Shown here in pieces: positions 1 to 11,789 of a stretch of 54,494 nucleotides of DNA. Below the pieces are notes generated by a model, which was given only the letters and a program-made list of their open reading frames with translations, was not told where the DNA came from and did no database searches. Each line of letters opens with the position of its first letter. Position 1 is the stretch's first letter. The stretch comes from Octopus sinensis. Its lineage: Eukaryota. The translations under genes and the position numbers were made by a program. The DNA lies in assembly GCF_006345805.1 (NCBI RefSeq), contig NW_021835879.1, positions 1-54,494 on the forward strand, given 5' to 3'.

Positions 1-975
1 TTCAACTTCACTAGAATGTTCCTCGTGTCATTCAGTAACAACTTTAGCTGTGGGAATTGGTGCATTATCATCCTGAAAGATTGCGTCTCCCTTTGGAAAC
101 AGTTCCACAACCATAGGATGAATTTGATCAGATAAAATGTTTAAATATTCTTGACTATTAATTCTGCCATGAAGGAAAACCTTTGGGCCGATGGATTTCC
201 AAAATATAGCCCACCCCCCGCCCCAGATCATCACAGATCCTCCTCCATGTTTAACAGTTGGAAGAAGGCAGTCAGGATCAAATGCTTCTTTTGGCTGTAT
301 CCACACGTATACTTAGCCAGTGGTTGGAAATAGGGTAAAGGATGACTCGTCTGAGCATTCTTCCACTGTGCTAGGGATCAATTCGGTAAGTTTTTACTCC
401 ACTCTAAATGGTTTGTAACGTTTGTTTTTGAAAATACTGGTTTTCTGATTGCAGCCCTCCGTGAAATCTGTTTTTGTGCAGCTCCTAGCAAACAGTTTTT
501 GTGGAAACTGGGTTCTCGAGATGGTCATATTAAACCCTGCAGTAATTTTGGGAGCTATACTTTTGTGATCCTTTCTAACAATTCGCACAAGAGTCCGACG
601 GTCCTTATCTGAAAGTTTTGGAATTTTTCCGGAATTTTGGTTGGACGAAGAGGTTTTTCCCTCTTTCTCAACGGCTGTCCGTACTTTCGAGACTGTACTT
701 CTTGATACACCAAGCATTTCGGCTATTTTCGTTATACTAGCGCCAGCTATTCGAGCACCAACAATGTGATCTCTTTGAAAGTCCGATGGATCTGTCGTTT
801 AATGAATTTTTCTGATGACATCTGAAAAGAAACAGCAATTTTAACAAAATATATTAAGCAACACAAATAATAAATCAAAAAACATAAAAATTAACAAGCT
901 CTTGACAGTTTTATAGATATTCTGAAATTATGATGCTATGATGCTAGCTGTTTCCATTATTTTGTCCAACCCCTG
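1..975 (-). mobile_element. Decayed Tc1-family DNA transposon (5' TIR, HTH and DDE transposase fragments; 3' end lies beyond the window start)
   Basis: Minus-strand translation gives SDFQRDHIVGARIAGASITKIAEMLGVSRSTVSKV (paired-like HTH, ~790-690) and PTVKHGGGSVMIWG...IFQDDNAPIPTAK (DDE core, ORF 28-306), broken by frameshifts. A TIR-like CAGGGGTTGGACAAAATAATGGAAAC occupies ~950-975 next to TA-rich flank. Confidence 0.92.
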
Positions 976-980
976 CATAT

Positions 981-1013
<33 letters not shown>

Positions 1014-1016
1014 CAC

Positions 1017-1048
<32 letters not shown>

Positions 1049-1407
1049 AAAGAAGTTTAAAATAATGGTCATTATATATTTTTCCTTTATTGGAGGAAAA
1101 ACAGTTTGCCTGGAGCCCATCCACGGATTTACGATATGAAATTGTGATGAGTCATAACCTAAGACCCTGCCACAAGAATCCTGGAGTCCTCCACTAATCT
1201 AAATGATATTGTTTGCCTGGTGTGCCAACAGAGAGCTTATGAAGCAACGGTAAGCTGGAGCAACATCAATATTGCATGGCTGCATTTGCAACACTGACCG
1301 GTTGCTGCAATGGAAACACCTGTTATTATCTGCTGCATATAATAATAAAATAAGTCATGTGGTTGTACATGTCTTCATAATTTTTATTATTAATATTAAT
1401 ATATACA

Positions 1408-1541
1408 TCCGCCCAGATCGACTTTGCCTTTCATCCTTTCGAAGTCAATAAATTAAGTACCAGTTGTATACTGGGGTCGATCTAATCGACTGGCTCCCTC
1501 CCCAAAAATTTCGGGCCTCGTGCCTAGAGTAGAACAGGATA
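1408..1541 (+). mobile_element. tRNA-derived SINE family A, 5'-truncated copy
   Basis: Carries the family core gatcgactttgcctttcatcctttcg...aagtaccagttg...ggggtcgatctaatcgac, which recurs more than 20 times in this window. Confidence 0.85.
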
Positions 1542-1624
1542 TTAATATATATTCCACACAATTTTTAACTGGGACTTGACCGAGAATTAATACGCTCTCC
1601 GCCCGGATGATATATTCCTCTCGA

Positions 1625-1930
1625 CTCACTTTTATATACACACAGATACACGCACACTCGCACGCGCGCAGATACACGCACACACACACACACGCAGATA
1701 CGCGCAAACACATACACACACATACACACGTACGCAGATACACGCAAACACATACACACACACACACACTTAGATACACATACACACACACACACACTTA
1801 GATACACGTACACACACACACCCAAATACACGCACACACACGCACACACACACACACGCAGATACACGCAAACACATACACACACATACACACGCACGCA
1901 GATACACGCACGCACACACACACACACGTG
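1625..1930. repeat. Compound (CA)n/(CACG)/(AGATAC) microsatellite
   Basis: Direct reading; source of the CV- and HT-rich ORFs. Confidence 0.95.
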
Positions 1931-2433
1931 TTTGTTTTAGTTGTCTGGACGGTGACCATGATGAAATATCATTTTTAAATGTTTACGCTGTTAAATCGAT
2001 CGCAGTCCTTATATTGTAATTTCTCGGTTTCTTTTCACCGAACCGCTTTGTTAACGTGACGTAAACCAAAGAACACCGGTTGCTTAACGACGAGTGACGA
2101 GCGGCGCAAACACAAAACCTCGCTGAGTCTCCGTACAGTTTCTCTCTCTGTCACGTTAAGTCAAAAGCTTCGGTGAACACAAGGGGATAGCGATAGGAGA
2201 AAATGGACATAGACGACCACTTTGAGACGAATAAGAAACAATTCTAATCGCTCTTTCTAGTATTTAATAACACTTTACGTTGATAAATTCGCCAGTTAAT
2301 TCATCTATCAACATATAATTAATTTCCACATAATTTCATATGCTCATCATACAATATTTATACTATCGTTATATTATTAATCGACAGTATTTTATACTCG
2401 TTTTATCTGTACTTTCGTCATAGCAACGCGGTG

Positions 2434-2635
2434 ATCTGGCAGAAGCGGTGTCGCGTTGGACAAAATACTGGGCGGCTTTTCTTCTAGTTTGGGACCCTGT
2501 GTTCAAATTCCACCAAGGTCGACTGTCCTTTTCATCATTTCAGGGTCGATAAACTAAGGTGAGTACAGGGGACGATCCAATCAATTAGACTCCCCCTCCC
2601 CGCCACTAATTTCAGGCCTTGTGCCTATCGTAGAC
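2434..2635 (+). mobile_element. SINE family A, diverged copy
   Basis: tggcagaagcg head, B-box-like gttcaaattcc, and core aaggtcgac...tttcatcatttcagggtcgataaa. Confidence 0.75.
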
Positions 2636-2651
2636 AAAAAAAACAAAAAAA

Positions 2652-2687
<36 letters not shown>

Positions 2688-2974
2688 AATGTAAAAAAAT
2701 ACAAACTGGGACAAGAACGTGAAACATTTAGAAGACGATACAAAAAACACGGACGGGACATTCTTCGCAATTTCGGCTGATTAATCTTGAGATTGCTCCA
2801 ATCTGGCCAGCCCCAAAGGAAAATCTAAGCCAAGCGCATTAGATTCCTTGGAAGAAAGCCTCGAATGTATACAAAACAAGGACGGAAAACCGGACGATGT
2901 TACACGAATAAGAATACAAAAACACGTAAAAACAATAATGATAACACGAATAAGAATATATATGAGCAATGATG

Positions 2975-3030
<56 letters not shown>

Positions 3031-3194
3031 TCATTGCTCTAAATTATATGAAACATTAACACTATATATTACTTTTTCGAATTCATTATGTATCGTATAT
3101 ATCGTATATATCGTATATATCGTATATATATCGTATATATATATATCGTATATATCGTATATATATGTATCGTATATATATTTATGTTGAAGGG

Positions 3195-3780
3195 GAAGGC
3201 GGTTCTGTGGCAGAGTCGTTAGCAACGCCGGGACGAATACTTATCTGCATTTCGCACATCTTCACGTTCTGAGTTCAAATTCCACCGAGGTCGACTTCAT
3301 TCTTTCGGGGTCAATATAATAAGTACCAGTTGAAGACTTGGGTCGATGTAATCGACTTATACCCTCTCTCGAAAATACTGGCCCTATGCCAAAATTTGGA
3401 ATCTTTATCGATGCATGAGGAATGCAGATCCCTGTTGCTGTTCCCTGTTCAAATCGTTCTCATGTCTGGTTCCCTTTTTATTTCCTAACATTTCGGGGAT
3501 CGAAAATTAAAGAATCAGTCAAGTGCCGAAACCGAGCATTCTACCCTAATATTATCCATGTCAGTCGTTTAGCCGTCCTACGATTCCTATCAGCGATCTG
3601 GTAGAATCGCTTCCGCATCTCTTCCGACTTTACGTTCTGTGGTCAAATGCTGCCAGAATTGACTTTACCTTTCATCATTTCGGGATCGATAAAATAAATG
3701 CTAGTTGAGCACTGGGGTTGATGTAAAAGACTTTCCCCCTCCTCCGAAGTTGCTGGCCTTGTGCCGAAATTTGTAACCGA
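3195..3780 (+). mobile_element. Two SINE family A copies (~3195-3402 and ~3592-3780)
   Basis: A-box-like tggcagagtcg / tggtagaatcg, a B-box gagttcaaattcc in the first copy, and the conserved core and tail. Confidence 0.85.
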
Positions 3781-3894
3781 TATGATTTCACGGATTCGTT
3801 GAGAGGAAAACGGAAAAACTCTTCGTTACATTTTCATTTCATTTTATATTTTATTTTGCCGACGATCTTTTATTACACTTGTCCTTTAGCTTTT

Positions 3895-4050
3895 AATTCT
3901 TTCAGTTATTGGGTTGCGGCCATGCTGTAGCAACACCGCCGGGGATTTAGTCGAACAAATCGTTCACATTACTTATCTTTCTAAATCTGGAGACGTAAAC
4001 AAACAGACACTGATCGTCAAGTGATGTGGTGGGGACAAACATAAAACACA
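3895..4050 (-). mobile_element. SINE family B, partial 3' portion
   Basis: Reverse complement of the family tail (...cagcatggccgca...ctgaaa) and gacgtaaac segment also seen at 19895-20320. Confidence 0.65.
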
Positions 4051-4580
4051 CACACGCATGTACATGCGTATACATACATGCATGCATACATACATACATA
4101 CATACATACATACATACATACATACATACATACATGCACACAATACATGCATACATACATGCATACATACATACTACATACATACATCTCATGCATACAT
4201 ACATGCATACATACATACATACATACATACATACATACATACATACCACATACATACATACATACATGCATACATACATACATGCTACATACATACATAC
4301 ATACATACGTACACACACACATACAACACACTACATACATATGCATACATACCTACATACATACATACATACACACATACATACATACGTACACACACAC
4401 ATACATACACACATACATACATACATGCATACATACATACATACATACATACATACATACACACATACATACATACATACACACATACATACATACATAC
4501 ATGCATACATACATGCGTATACATACATATACACACACACACGCGCACTTACATATATTTATATATGTCACGAACACATA
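4045..4580. repeat. (CATA)n tetranucleotide microsatellite array
   Basis: Direct reading; produces the spurious YIHT/MYVC ORFs. Confidence 0.97.
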
Positions 4581-4584
4581 TATA

Positions 4585-4807
4585 CGAGGGGATCAGGCTG
4601 AAAAGTTCCTGGCTTTGGGTAAAAGAGAATTGATGAGGATCAGTTAATCATGATTTTAGTCAACATACTCCCTTCTCAGATTCACACACTTTTTGCAATG
4701 GTCCTTCAGTTTTTCTAAGCCCTTTAACAGAACTGGGAAGGCTGGGCCTTCAACCAGGTCTTTCCCGCTGCCCATAAAGCCAGGAGCTTTTCAGCACCCA
4801 ACACCCG
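4585..4807. mobile_element. Mariner-type MITE (~223 bp) with TIRs and TA flanks
   Basis: Left end TA|CGAGGGGATCAGGCTGAAAAGTTCCTGGCTTT; reverse complement of right end TA|CGGGTGTTGGGTGCTGAAAAGCTCCTGGCTTT. No ORF inside. Confidence 0.8.
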
Positions 4808-4989
4808 TATATAGAAAAATATATGTGTGTGTATGTATGTATGTATGCATGCATGTACATGTGAGTGTATGCGCGAGTCTATACATACATACATACATAC
4901 ATACATACATACATACATCACGCATACATATATACATGCATACATGCATACATACATACATACATACATACATACATACATACACACAC

Positions 4990-5546
4990 ATGGTGGCTGC
5001 CCCCTCGTTATCGAGTATGGCCATTGCACGAAGCTTAATCAATGTTGTTATCGTGCAACGCCTGTGCAAGAAGATTTCTTTTAAAGTGAGGAAAGGCTGT
5101 GCACTGAGTCAATCCCACTCACTAAGCAACAGCAGCCATAATCCGAAAAGAGAACAAGTCAACATCATCGGTAACCACTGAGCCGCAGGTTTTATGTCGG
5201 AGTTATCCCAGTTACCTGAGTCACCTTCTCCTAAAAGGATGCCCTAACAAAGGCTGGGAGTCCTTCACTCCCAATTGTTTAAGCGCGCGATCGGGTATTC
5301 AGTCCGATTATTTCTATGTCCCCGCGCATGATACAGCCTTAAGACATTTATTGGACGCTGTTGACTCTCAAGAGTTCCTCCGCCCTTTGACGGGTTTTGT
5401 TTTTCATCCCGCAGGGTGTCCAATAAACACCCTCCTCACCAAGCAAACTTGGTGGGGTTGCCGGTTTAGTCGCCGACGACCATGCAACAGGTTGTATTGG
5501 GTTACATGTTGCCAGTAGCACTCGAAAGTGACCTGACATACATACA
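4990..5546 (-). mobile_element. Probable RTE-type LINE 5' UTR remnant
   Basis: GC-richer block between (CATA)n tracts. Minus strand has GGAGAAGGTGACTC...AAACCTGCGG and GGCAAC...CCTGTTGC...GTCG-loop-CGACTAA, which resemble RTE 5' UTR motifs as I recall them. No ORF. Confidence 0.5.
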
Positions 5547-5590
5547 TACATACATACATACATACATACATACATACATGCATACATACA

Positions 5591-5708
5591 TACGGCCATA
5601 TCACGCTGAATGCACCGGTTCTCGTCCGATCACCGAAGTTAAGCAACGTCAACCATAAGTGAGTATTTCGATGGGTGACCGATTGGAAAACCTAGGTGTT
5701 GTAAACAT
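5591..5708 (+). pseudogene. 5S rRNA-derived sequence (pseudogene or SINE3-like head)
   Basis: TACGGCCATATCACGCTGAATGCACCGGTTCTCGTCCGATCACCGAAGTTAAGCAACGTC matches the invertebrate 5S 5' half including box A. GATGGGTGACCG is box C-like and the 3' end reads GGTGTTGTAAAC. The first 3 nt are replaced by (CATA)n, the 3' half is diverged, and there is no oligo-T terminator. Confidence 0.9.
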
Positions 5709-5718
5709 CTCACACAAC

Positions 5719-5862
5719 AGGTGTAGGCGTGGCTGTGTGGTAAGAAGCCTGCTTCCTCAACAGATGGTTCTGGGTTCAGTGCTACTGCGTGGTACTTTGG
5801 GCAAGTGTATTCTACTATAACCTCGGGCCGACCAAAGCATTGTGAATAGATTTTATGGACGG

Positions 5863-5908
<46 letters not shown>

Positions 5909-6130
5909 GTATGTATTTGTGCGTCTGTATTTGTCCCGCACGATCGCTTGACAACCGATGTTGGTCTGTTTACATACCCGTAACTTAGCGGTTCGGAAAA
6001 CAGATAGCAATAGAATAAGTACTAGGCCTACAAAGAATAAGTCCTGAGGTTGATTTGTTCGACTAAAAGAAGGCGGGTGCTCCAGCATGGCCGCAGTCAA
6101 ATGACTGAAACAAGTAAAGGAATAAAAGAA
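5719..6130 (+). mobile_element. tRNA-derived SINE family B, near full-length with internal (CA)n
   Basis: Head ggcgtggctgtgtggtaagaag...gggttcagt...gggcaagtg, body cttagcggttcgg...gaataagtac, tail ctccagcatggccgcagtcaaatgactgaaacaagtaaa. Confidence 0.9.
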
Positions 6131-6414
6131 TACATAGATACATACGACGGGCCCGGGCTTAGGGGATGCTATATTTGAAGACACTTGCCCAACGTGCCAC
6201 GCTTCAGGATTGAACTCAGAGTCATGTGGCTGGGAAGCATTGAAATATTTGCCAAAACCCTTGACCCTTCTCCTGTATTCCAGTCTTTTTTCAACCCTTT
6301 CTTTTTATATTTTCTTCAGTCATTTCACAGGGCCACGATAGGCTAGCCCTTTCAAAGTTCTTAGTTTAATCTATCGAACCCAAAACATTGATAATAATTT
6401 TATCGGTTAAGGCA

Positions 6415-6960
6415 TGGGGAGCTGGCAGAATCGTTAGCACGCCGGGTGCGTCTGTCGCTACGTTCTGAGTTCAAATTCCGCCGAGGTCGACTTTGCCTTT
6501 CATCCTTTCAGGGTCGATAAATTAAGTACCAGTTACGCATTGGGGTCGATGTAATCGACTTAATCCCTTTGTCTGTCCTTGTTTGTCCTCTCTTTGTTTA
6601 GCCCATTGTGAGTAGTAATGAAATAGGTATTCCGTCTGTCGCTACGTTCTGAGTTCAAATTCTGCCGAGGTCGACTTTGCCTTTCATCCTTTCGGGGTCG
6701 ATTAAATAAGTACCAGTTATGCACTGATGTCCATGTATGACTTAATCCCTTTGTCTGTCCTTGTTTGTTCACTCTATGTTTAGCCCCTTATGGGTAGTAA
6801 AGAAATAGGTATTTCATCTGCCGCTACCTTCTGAGTTCAAATTCCGCTGAGGTCAACTTTGCCTTTCAGCCTTTCGGGGTCGTTAAATTAAATACCAGTA
6901 ACGTACTGGGGTTGATCTGATCCAAAATTTCGGGCCTTGTGCCCAGAATAGAAAAGATTA
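6415..6960 (+). mobile_element. Tandem array of three SINE family A units (~183-bp period)
   Basis: The unit (g/a)tctg(t/c)cgctac(g/c)ttctgagttcaaatt recurs at 6450, 6634 and 6816. Confidence 0.92.
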
Positions 6961-7253
6961 ATTTTATCGGTTTCCATCTATCGAAACGACTGGCGTTACC
7001 TCTTGTGTCTTTCATATGTATTTTGCTTTCTTATTGTATTTTTTGTTTTTGTATGTAATCTACGTTGTTAAGTCAGTATTTATATCCAACTCGTGCGCAA
7101 TCCTCGAATTTAATAAACCACCCTCTGATAGCGAAATCTGATAAATTTCCTTCAGTGTGACACGAGAGGAATATGGGTAGGGATATACATAAATATAGAC
7201 CATCCAAAGTGAGAATGAGAGGGAAAGGGGGATAAAGTGAGAAAGAGATAGAT

Positions 7254-7286
<33 letters not shown>

Positions 7287-7957
7287 AGAGAGTGAGAGCG
7301 TCTGTCTGCGTTTAACACCAAAAGCGATAAAAGTTTCACAAGCCTTGTTACGTGAGAATGTTAAAGTGAAGAGAAAATGAAAAATCACAATGATGAGCTC
7401 TCGAAATATCATTTTGTTAATGAGCGAGTGTCTCACTGCGCATGTGCAGTGCATATATATTATACATACACAAATAAATATGTGTATGTATATACATTAT
7501 GTATATATGCAAGGAAACATTCATTAACACAATGCTGCCGTTGATATTTATAATTATCTCTTTCTTTTTCCCTTCGTTAGCATACAGGTAATTTAATTGC
7601 CGACATCAATGCAATTATCTAAAGGTGACAACAGTCGTAATTAATGGCTAATTAGGCAAAAAGAGAAAAAAAAGGTATGTGCTAGAAAGGCAAACAGATA
7701 TTTTCGAAAACCTAAACGAAATTGTATAAGCATCACTTTCATCCCCCAATCTGCAATTTTCGAAAGAGTTTTCGAGAATGCGCTCCATAAATATCTATAG
7801 ATTGATATACATCTACATCTGCACGTCTCTCTCCACGTCTCTCTCCACCTCTCTCTCCACCTCTCTCTCCCCCTTTTCTCTCATTCTCTCTCTCTCTCTC
7901 TCTCTCTCCTCCATATATATGTATGTGTGTATATATGAATGTTTGATATATATAGGA

Positions 7958-8075
7958 CGTACTTTCGGTTTCCGTCTATTAAATCTACTGACGCGGTTTT
8001 AGTCCACCCCAGTCTATAGAGGACTGGCACAAGGTGACACAAAACCATGTGGTTGGAAACAAATTGTTACAACAC
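7958..8075 (-). mobile_element. SINE family B, diverged head fragment
   Basis: tttcggtttccgtctattaaatc...aaccatgtggttgg is the reverse of the family B 5' region. Confidence 0.6.
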
Positions 8076-8121
8076 ACACATACACACGCATATATATACA
8101 TATATATACATATATATGGCT

Positions 8122-8225
8122 TCTTTACAGATGAGGTGTAGCCTTTGGTGGATTGACTTAGTTTAATTTAACTTAATTAAGCTGGTTTGTCATTAAAAAC
8201 ACCGAAACAATGCATTGTCTAAAGA
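8122..8225 (+). ncRNA. Type I hammerhead ribozyme-like motif (one core substitution)
   Basis: Stem I TCTTTA/TAAAGA; core CAGATGA (canonical CTGATGA); stem II GGTGT/ACACC with an insert; GAAA; stem III palindrome ACAATGCATTGT; GUC triplet with C at 8219. Confidence 0.72.
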
Positions 8226-8528
8226 TGAATTAGGGTAAATGTTTTTAAATATTCTTTTAATTTCTGAATTACTACTACTTGGCGGTTTGAGTCCTGGCTG
8301 CTCTTTCTAGTGGGTCGAATGGCCTATTAAGGCCATTCCTCAATTGTTGTTGAATTTATATATATATATAATATATATATATATATATAATATATATATA
8401 TATAATCTAATCAATATAGAGTAGCAAAAAAATTCAAGAAAAAAATTCAAGAAAAATTTTCTGCAACCAGCGGTCAAGTGAGAAAATAGAAATAGTCACA
8501 GACAAATAATATATTCAACAAAATTAAT

Positions 8529-8780
<252 letters not shown>

Positions 8781-9007
8781 GTATACATTTATATATATAC
8801 ATACATACATGTGTGTGTGTGTTGTGTGTGTGTGTGTGTGTGTAAGGGGGATATTCGCTTTGCTCATCCTCTTATCATCAGCATGATCAACGTTTATATT
8901 TTCGCATCCCTTATATTTTCGGTTCAGTTTATACAACAAGCTATTCACGACATTTTCTTACGTTTGTATGAATAATATTTGGGAAATCCTTTTTATGCAT
9001 CACTCAC

Positions 9008-9200
9008 AGTTTCGTTAGACCGCCGGACGAAATGCTTTGCTTTGCGTATTCTGCCTCCCTACATTGTTAATTCAGATTACACCGAGGTCAAATTTGCCCC
9101 TGCAGCTTTCGGGGCCGAGACGATGATACAAATATAATACTGAGGTTGCTTGTGAGGACGAAACCTTTCAAAATTTTTGGCCTTGTGTTCAAATCAGAAC
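9008..9200 (+). mobile_element. SINE family A, diverged copy
   Basis: tcgttagaccgccggacgaaatgc...accgaggtcaaatttgcc...ctttcggggccga...tttggccttgtg. Confidence 0.7.
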
Positions 9201-9474
9201 AAAAATATTTTTCTATACATAAATATATATACAGACCCATGCATGTAGGGGTGGGCTTATTTTCATTCTAAAACACAAACTCGCACACGTATGCATACTG
9301 ATAATGGGTGGGTGCGGGGGACGAATATTATTCTCGTGGGAAAGACGTACCTGTTACAATTTCATTCTAACAGATTTATATACCTAAATATTTTTCAGGC
9401 ATCCTAGAATGGCCTACATACACTCGCATATACGTATGTGTGTGTATATTGTGTTATTGCGTAGTTATGATGTG

Positions 9475-9517
<43 letters not shown>

Positions 9518-9804
9518 GTATGTATATATGGGGGTGGGATGTGCGTTTTTGGTGTACATACATGTATCTATACACTGTGGTGTCTGTGAATGTAGCTAGA
9601 GGGTGTGGCCGAATGTAAGTGTGACATGCATGCCTTTCCCACGAGGACTGGTGTCGGGCATGAGACGAATGCAACCGAAAAATGATGGGGGAAAAGAACT
9701 GCTAGGTCGTGGTTTCGGTTCACAGAAAAACTACAGTAGCTCTTTGTTATTCTGAACACTGCGACTACAACACAACACTCGAAGACGACAAAAACAAGCA
9801 TGAA

Positions 9805-9838
9805 CAAGGAAGACGACAGACCAACAACAACAACATAC

Positions 9839-9913
<75 letters not shown>

Positions 9914-10371
9914 AAGAAGAAGAATGAACTGAGCATGCGGAATGATACTTCAACCATTTTGAAGTTCTTTCATAATCATCAACGCAGCATTAGATCCCTT
10001 GAGGTTGTTGTCTTCCATTACGAAATCAAGAATATAGTGTTTGTTCTTTTAGTAAACAACAAAACAAGAAGAAAAATCATAAACAACAATAACAACAATA
10101 ACAACCGCAACAACATTTTATACAAACCAGGACGACGGCGACGACAACAAAAAACAGCACTACTACTACTACTACTACTACTACCACTACTACTACTACT
10201 ACAACTACTGCTGCTGCTACTATCGCTAACACAGCTAGTATTTGTACCACCATGACTACCACCATAATGACAATAACATTAACAAATATACAAAGACACA
10301 ATAAGGAGATAAGGAAACTACTACAGCAGATACATGTGTTTCTATCTTTCTAAGTATGGGTATCATATATA

Positions 10372-10412
<41 letters not shown>

Positions 10413-10487
10413 CATGCATATAATGTGTGTGTATATATATATATATATGTACGTATGTATATACATATATATATGTATATGTATATA

Positions 10488-10524
<37 letters not shown>

Positions 10525-10627
10525 GCATATATATGGTGTTGTATATATATATATGTACGTATGTATATACAAATATATATATGTATATGTATATATATTG
10601 TATATATATATATATATATATAATATA

Positions 10628-10673
<46 letters not shown>

Positions 10674-11070
10674 TATATATATATAATATATATATGTAAA
10701 GGACTATAGTAGGTTACCATTATATTGGGCTGATGTGTATTATCAACTTGTTTTCCTTCTTCTTCTTCCTCTTCTTCTTTTTATTCCTCCTTCTGCTCCC
10801 CTTCTTTTTCCTTTTCTTCATTTTCTTCTGAGAGATAAAAACCAAAAACCAAGGATAGATACCTTACTGAATTTTAATTTTAATAAAAATTCTCTAGAGT
10901 TCGTGCGTATTCCTAAAAAGGAAAAATAAAGTAGTAGTAGTAGCAGTAGTAGTAGTAGTAGTAGTAGTAAGAATAATCATAATTATTATTGTTATGATTA
11001 ATATATAAAAAATAGTAACAAAAAGTAACAAAATTAACATCATTGATAAGGAAATGACTACTACTACCGG

Positions 11071-11103
<33 letters not shown>

Positions 11104-11486
11104 AAGTAGTAATATAAATAGTAGCAATATGATAAGAATGGTAATAGAAATTTTAATGATCATCACAAATCTACCAGTACTATTTCCGGTTTTATTCTAT
11201 TACTATTAATTCTTGTGGTAATAGTAGTAGTAGTAATAGTAAAATGTAAACAGATAATGTGAAAGGCATGAACGCCACTACCAACCCTATCACCATTAAC
11301 ATCAACGTGCCTCCACCCACCCCCTTCAAGCAGCCCAACACAAACAACGTTAAAAGCCATAACAATTATATTGGAAAGACTTTGCCACGAAGACAGACTT
11401 ATGAAAAAAAGAAAAAAACAAGAAAAAATTGAAAGAAATGATAAACAAAAGCAAAAGCATAAAATTTAAAATATAAAATATAATAA

Positions 11487-11560
<74 letters not shown>
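9805..11560. repeat. Cluster of tri- and dinucleotide microsatellites: (AAC), (AAT)n(AAG)n, (ACT)n, (TA)n, (TAG)n, (AAT)n
   Basis: Direct reading; source of the poly-N/K/L/V ORFs. Confidence 0.95.
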
Positions 11561-11789
11561 GGACGACGAGAAATAAGGAATATTGTCTAATGCGAAGGCA
11601 AAGATATTATCTTTCGCAAGACTTTTGAAGATAAGAACAAGAAACGGTGGATTGGAGTTTGATATTCTTTTATTTGGTCGAACGAGAAAAAAAAGAAGGA
11701 ATGAAGAAAGAAATACCGAAGAACTACAAGAACAACGACATTAACAACGACGACGAATAATTATAAGCAGAGAAACTAGTAATTAAGGA

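Noticed and set aside
4017-4647. ~190-aa YIHT/MYVC repeat ORFs in several frames
   Set aside because: (CATA)n microsatellite has no stop codons; all frames give the same peptide.
5591-5708. Functional 5S rRNA gene
   Set aside because: Missing first 3 nt, disrupted 3' helices, no oligo-T terminator, and no tandem array.
6450-6900. CRISPR-like array
   Set aside because: Eukaryotic context; the 183-bp units are whole SINE bodies with no unique spacers.
7388-7415. ATGATGA-GCTCTC-GAAA as hammerhead or C/D snoRNA
   Set aside because: First core base wrong, no stems I or II, and no D box with terminal stem nearby.
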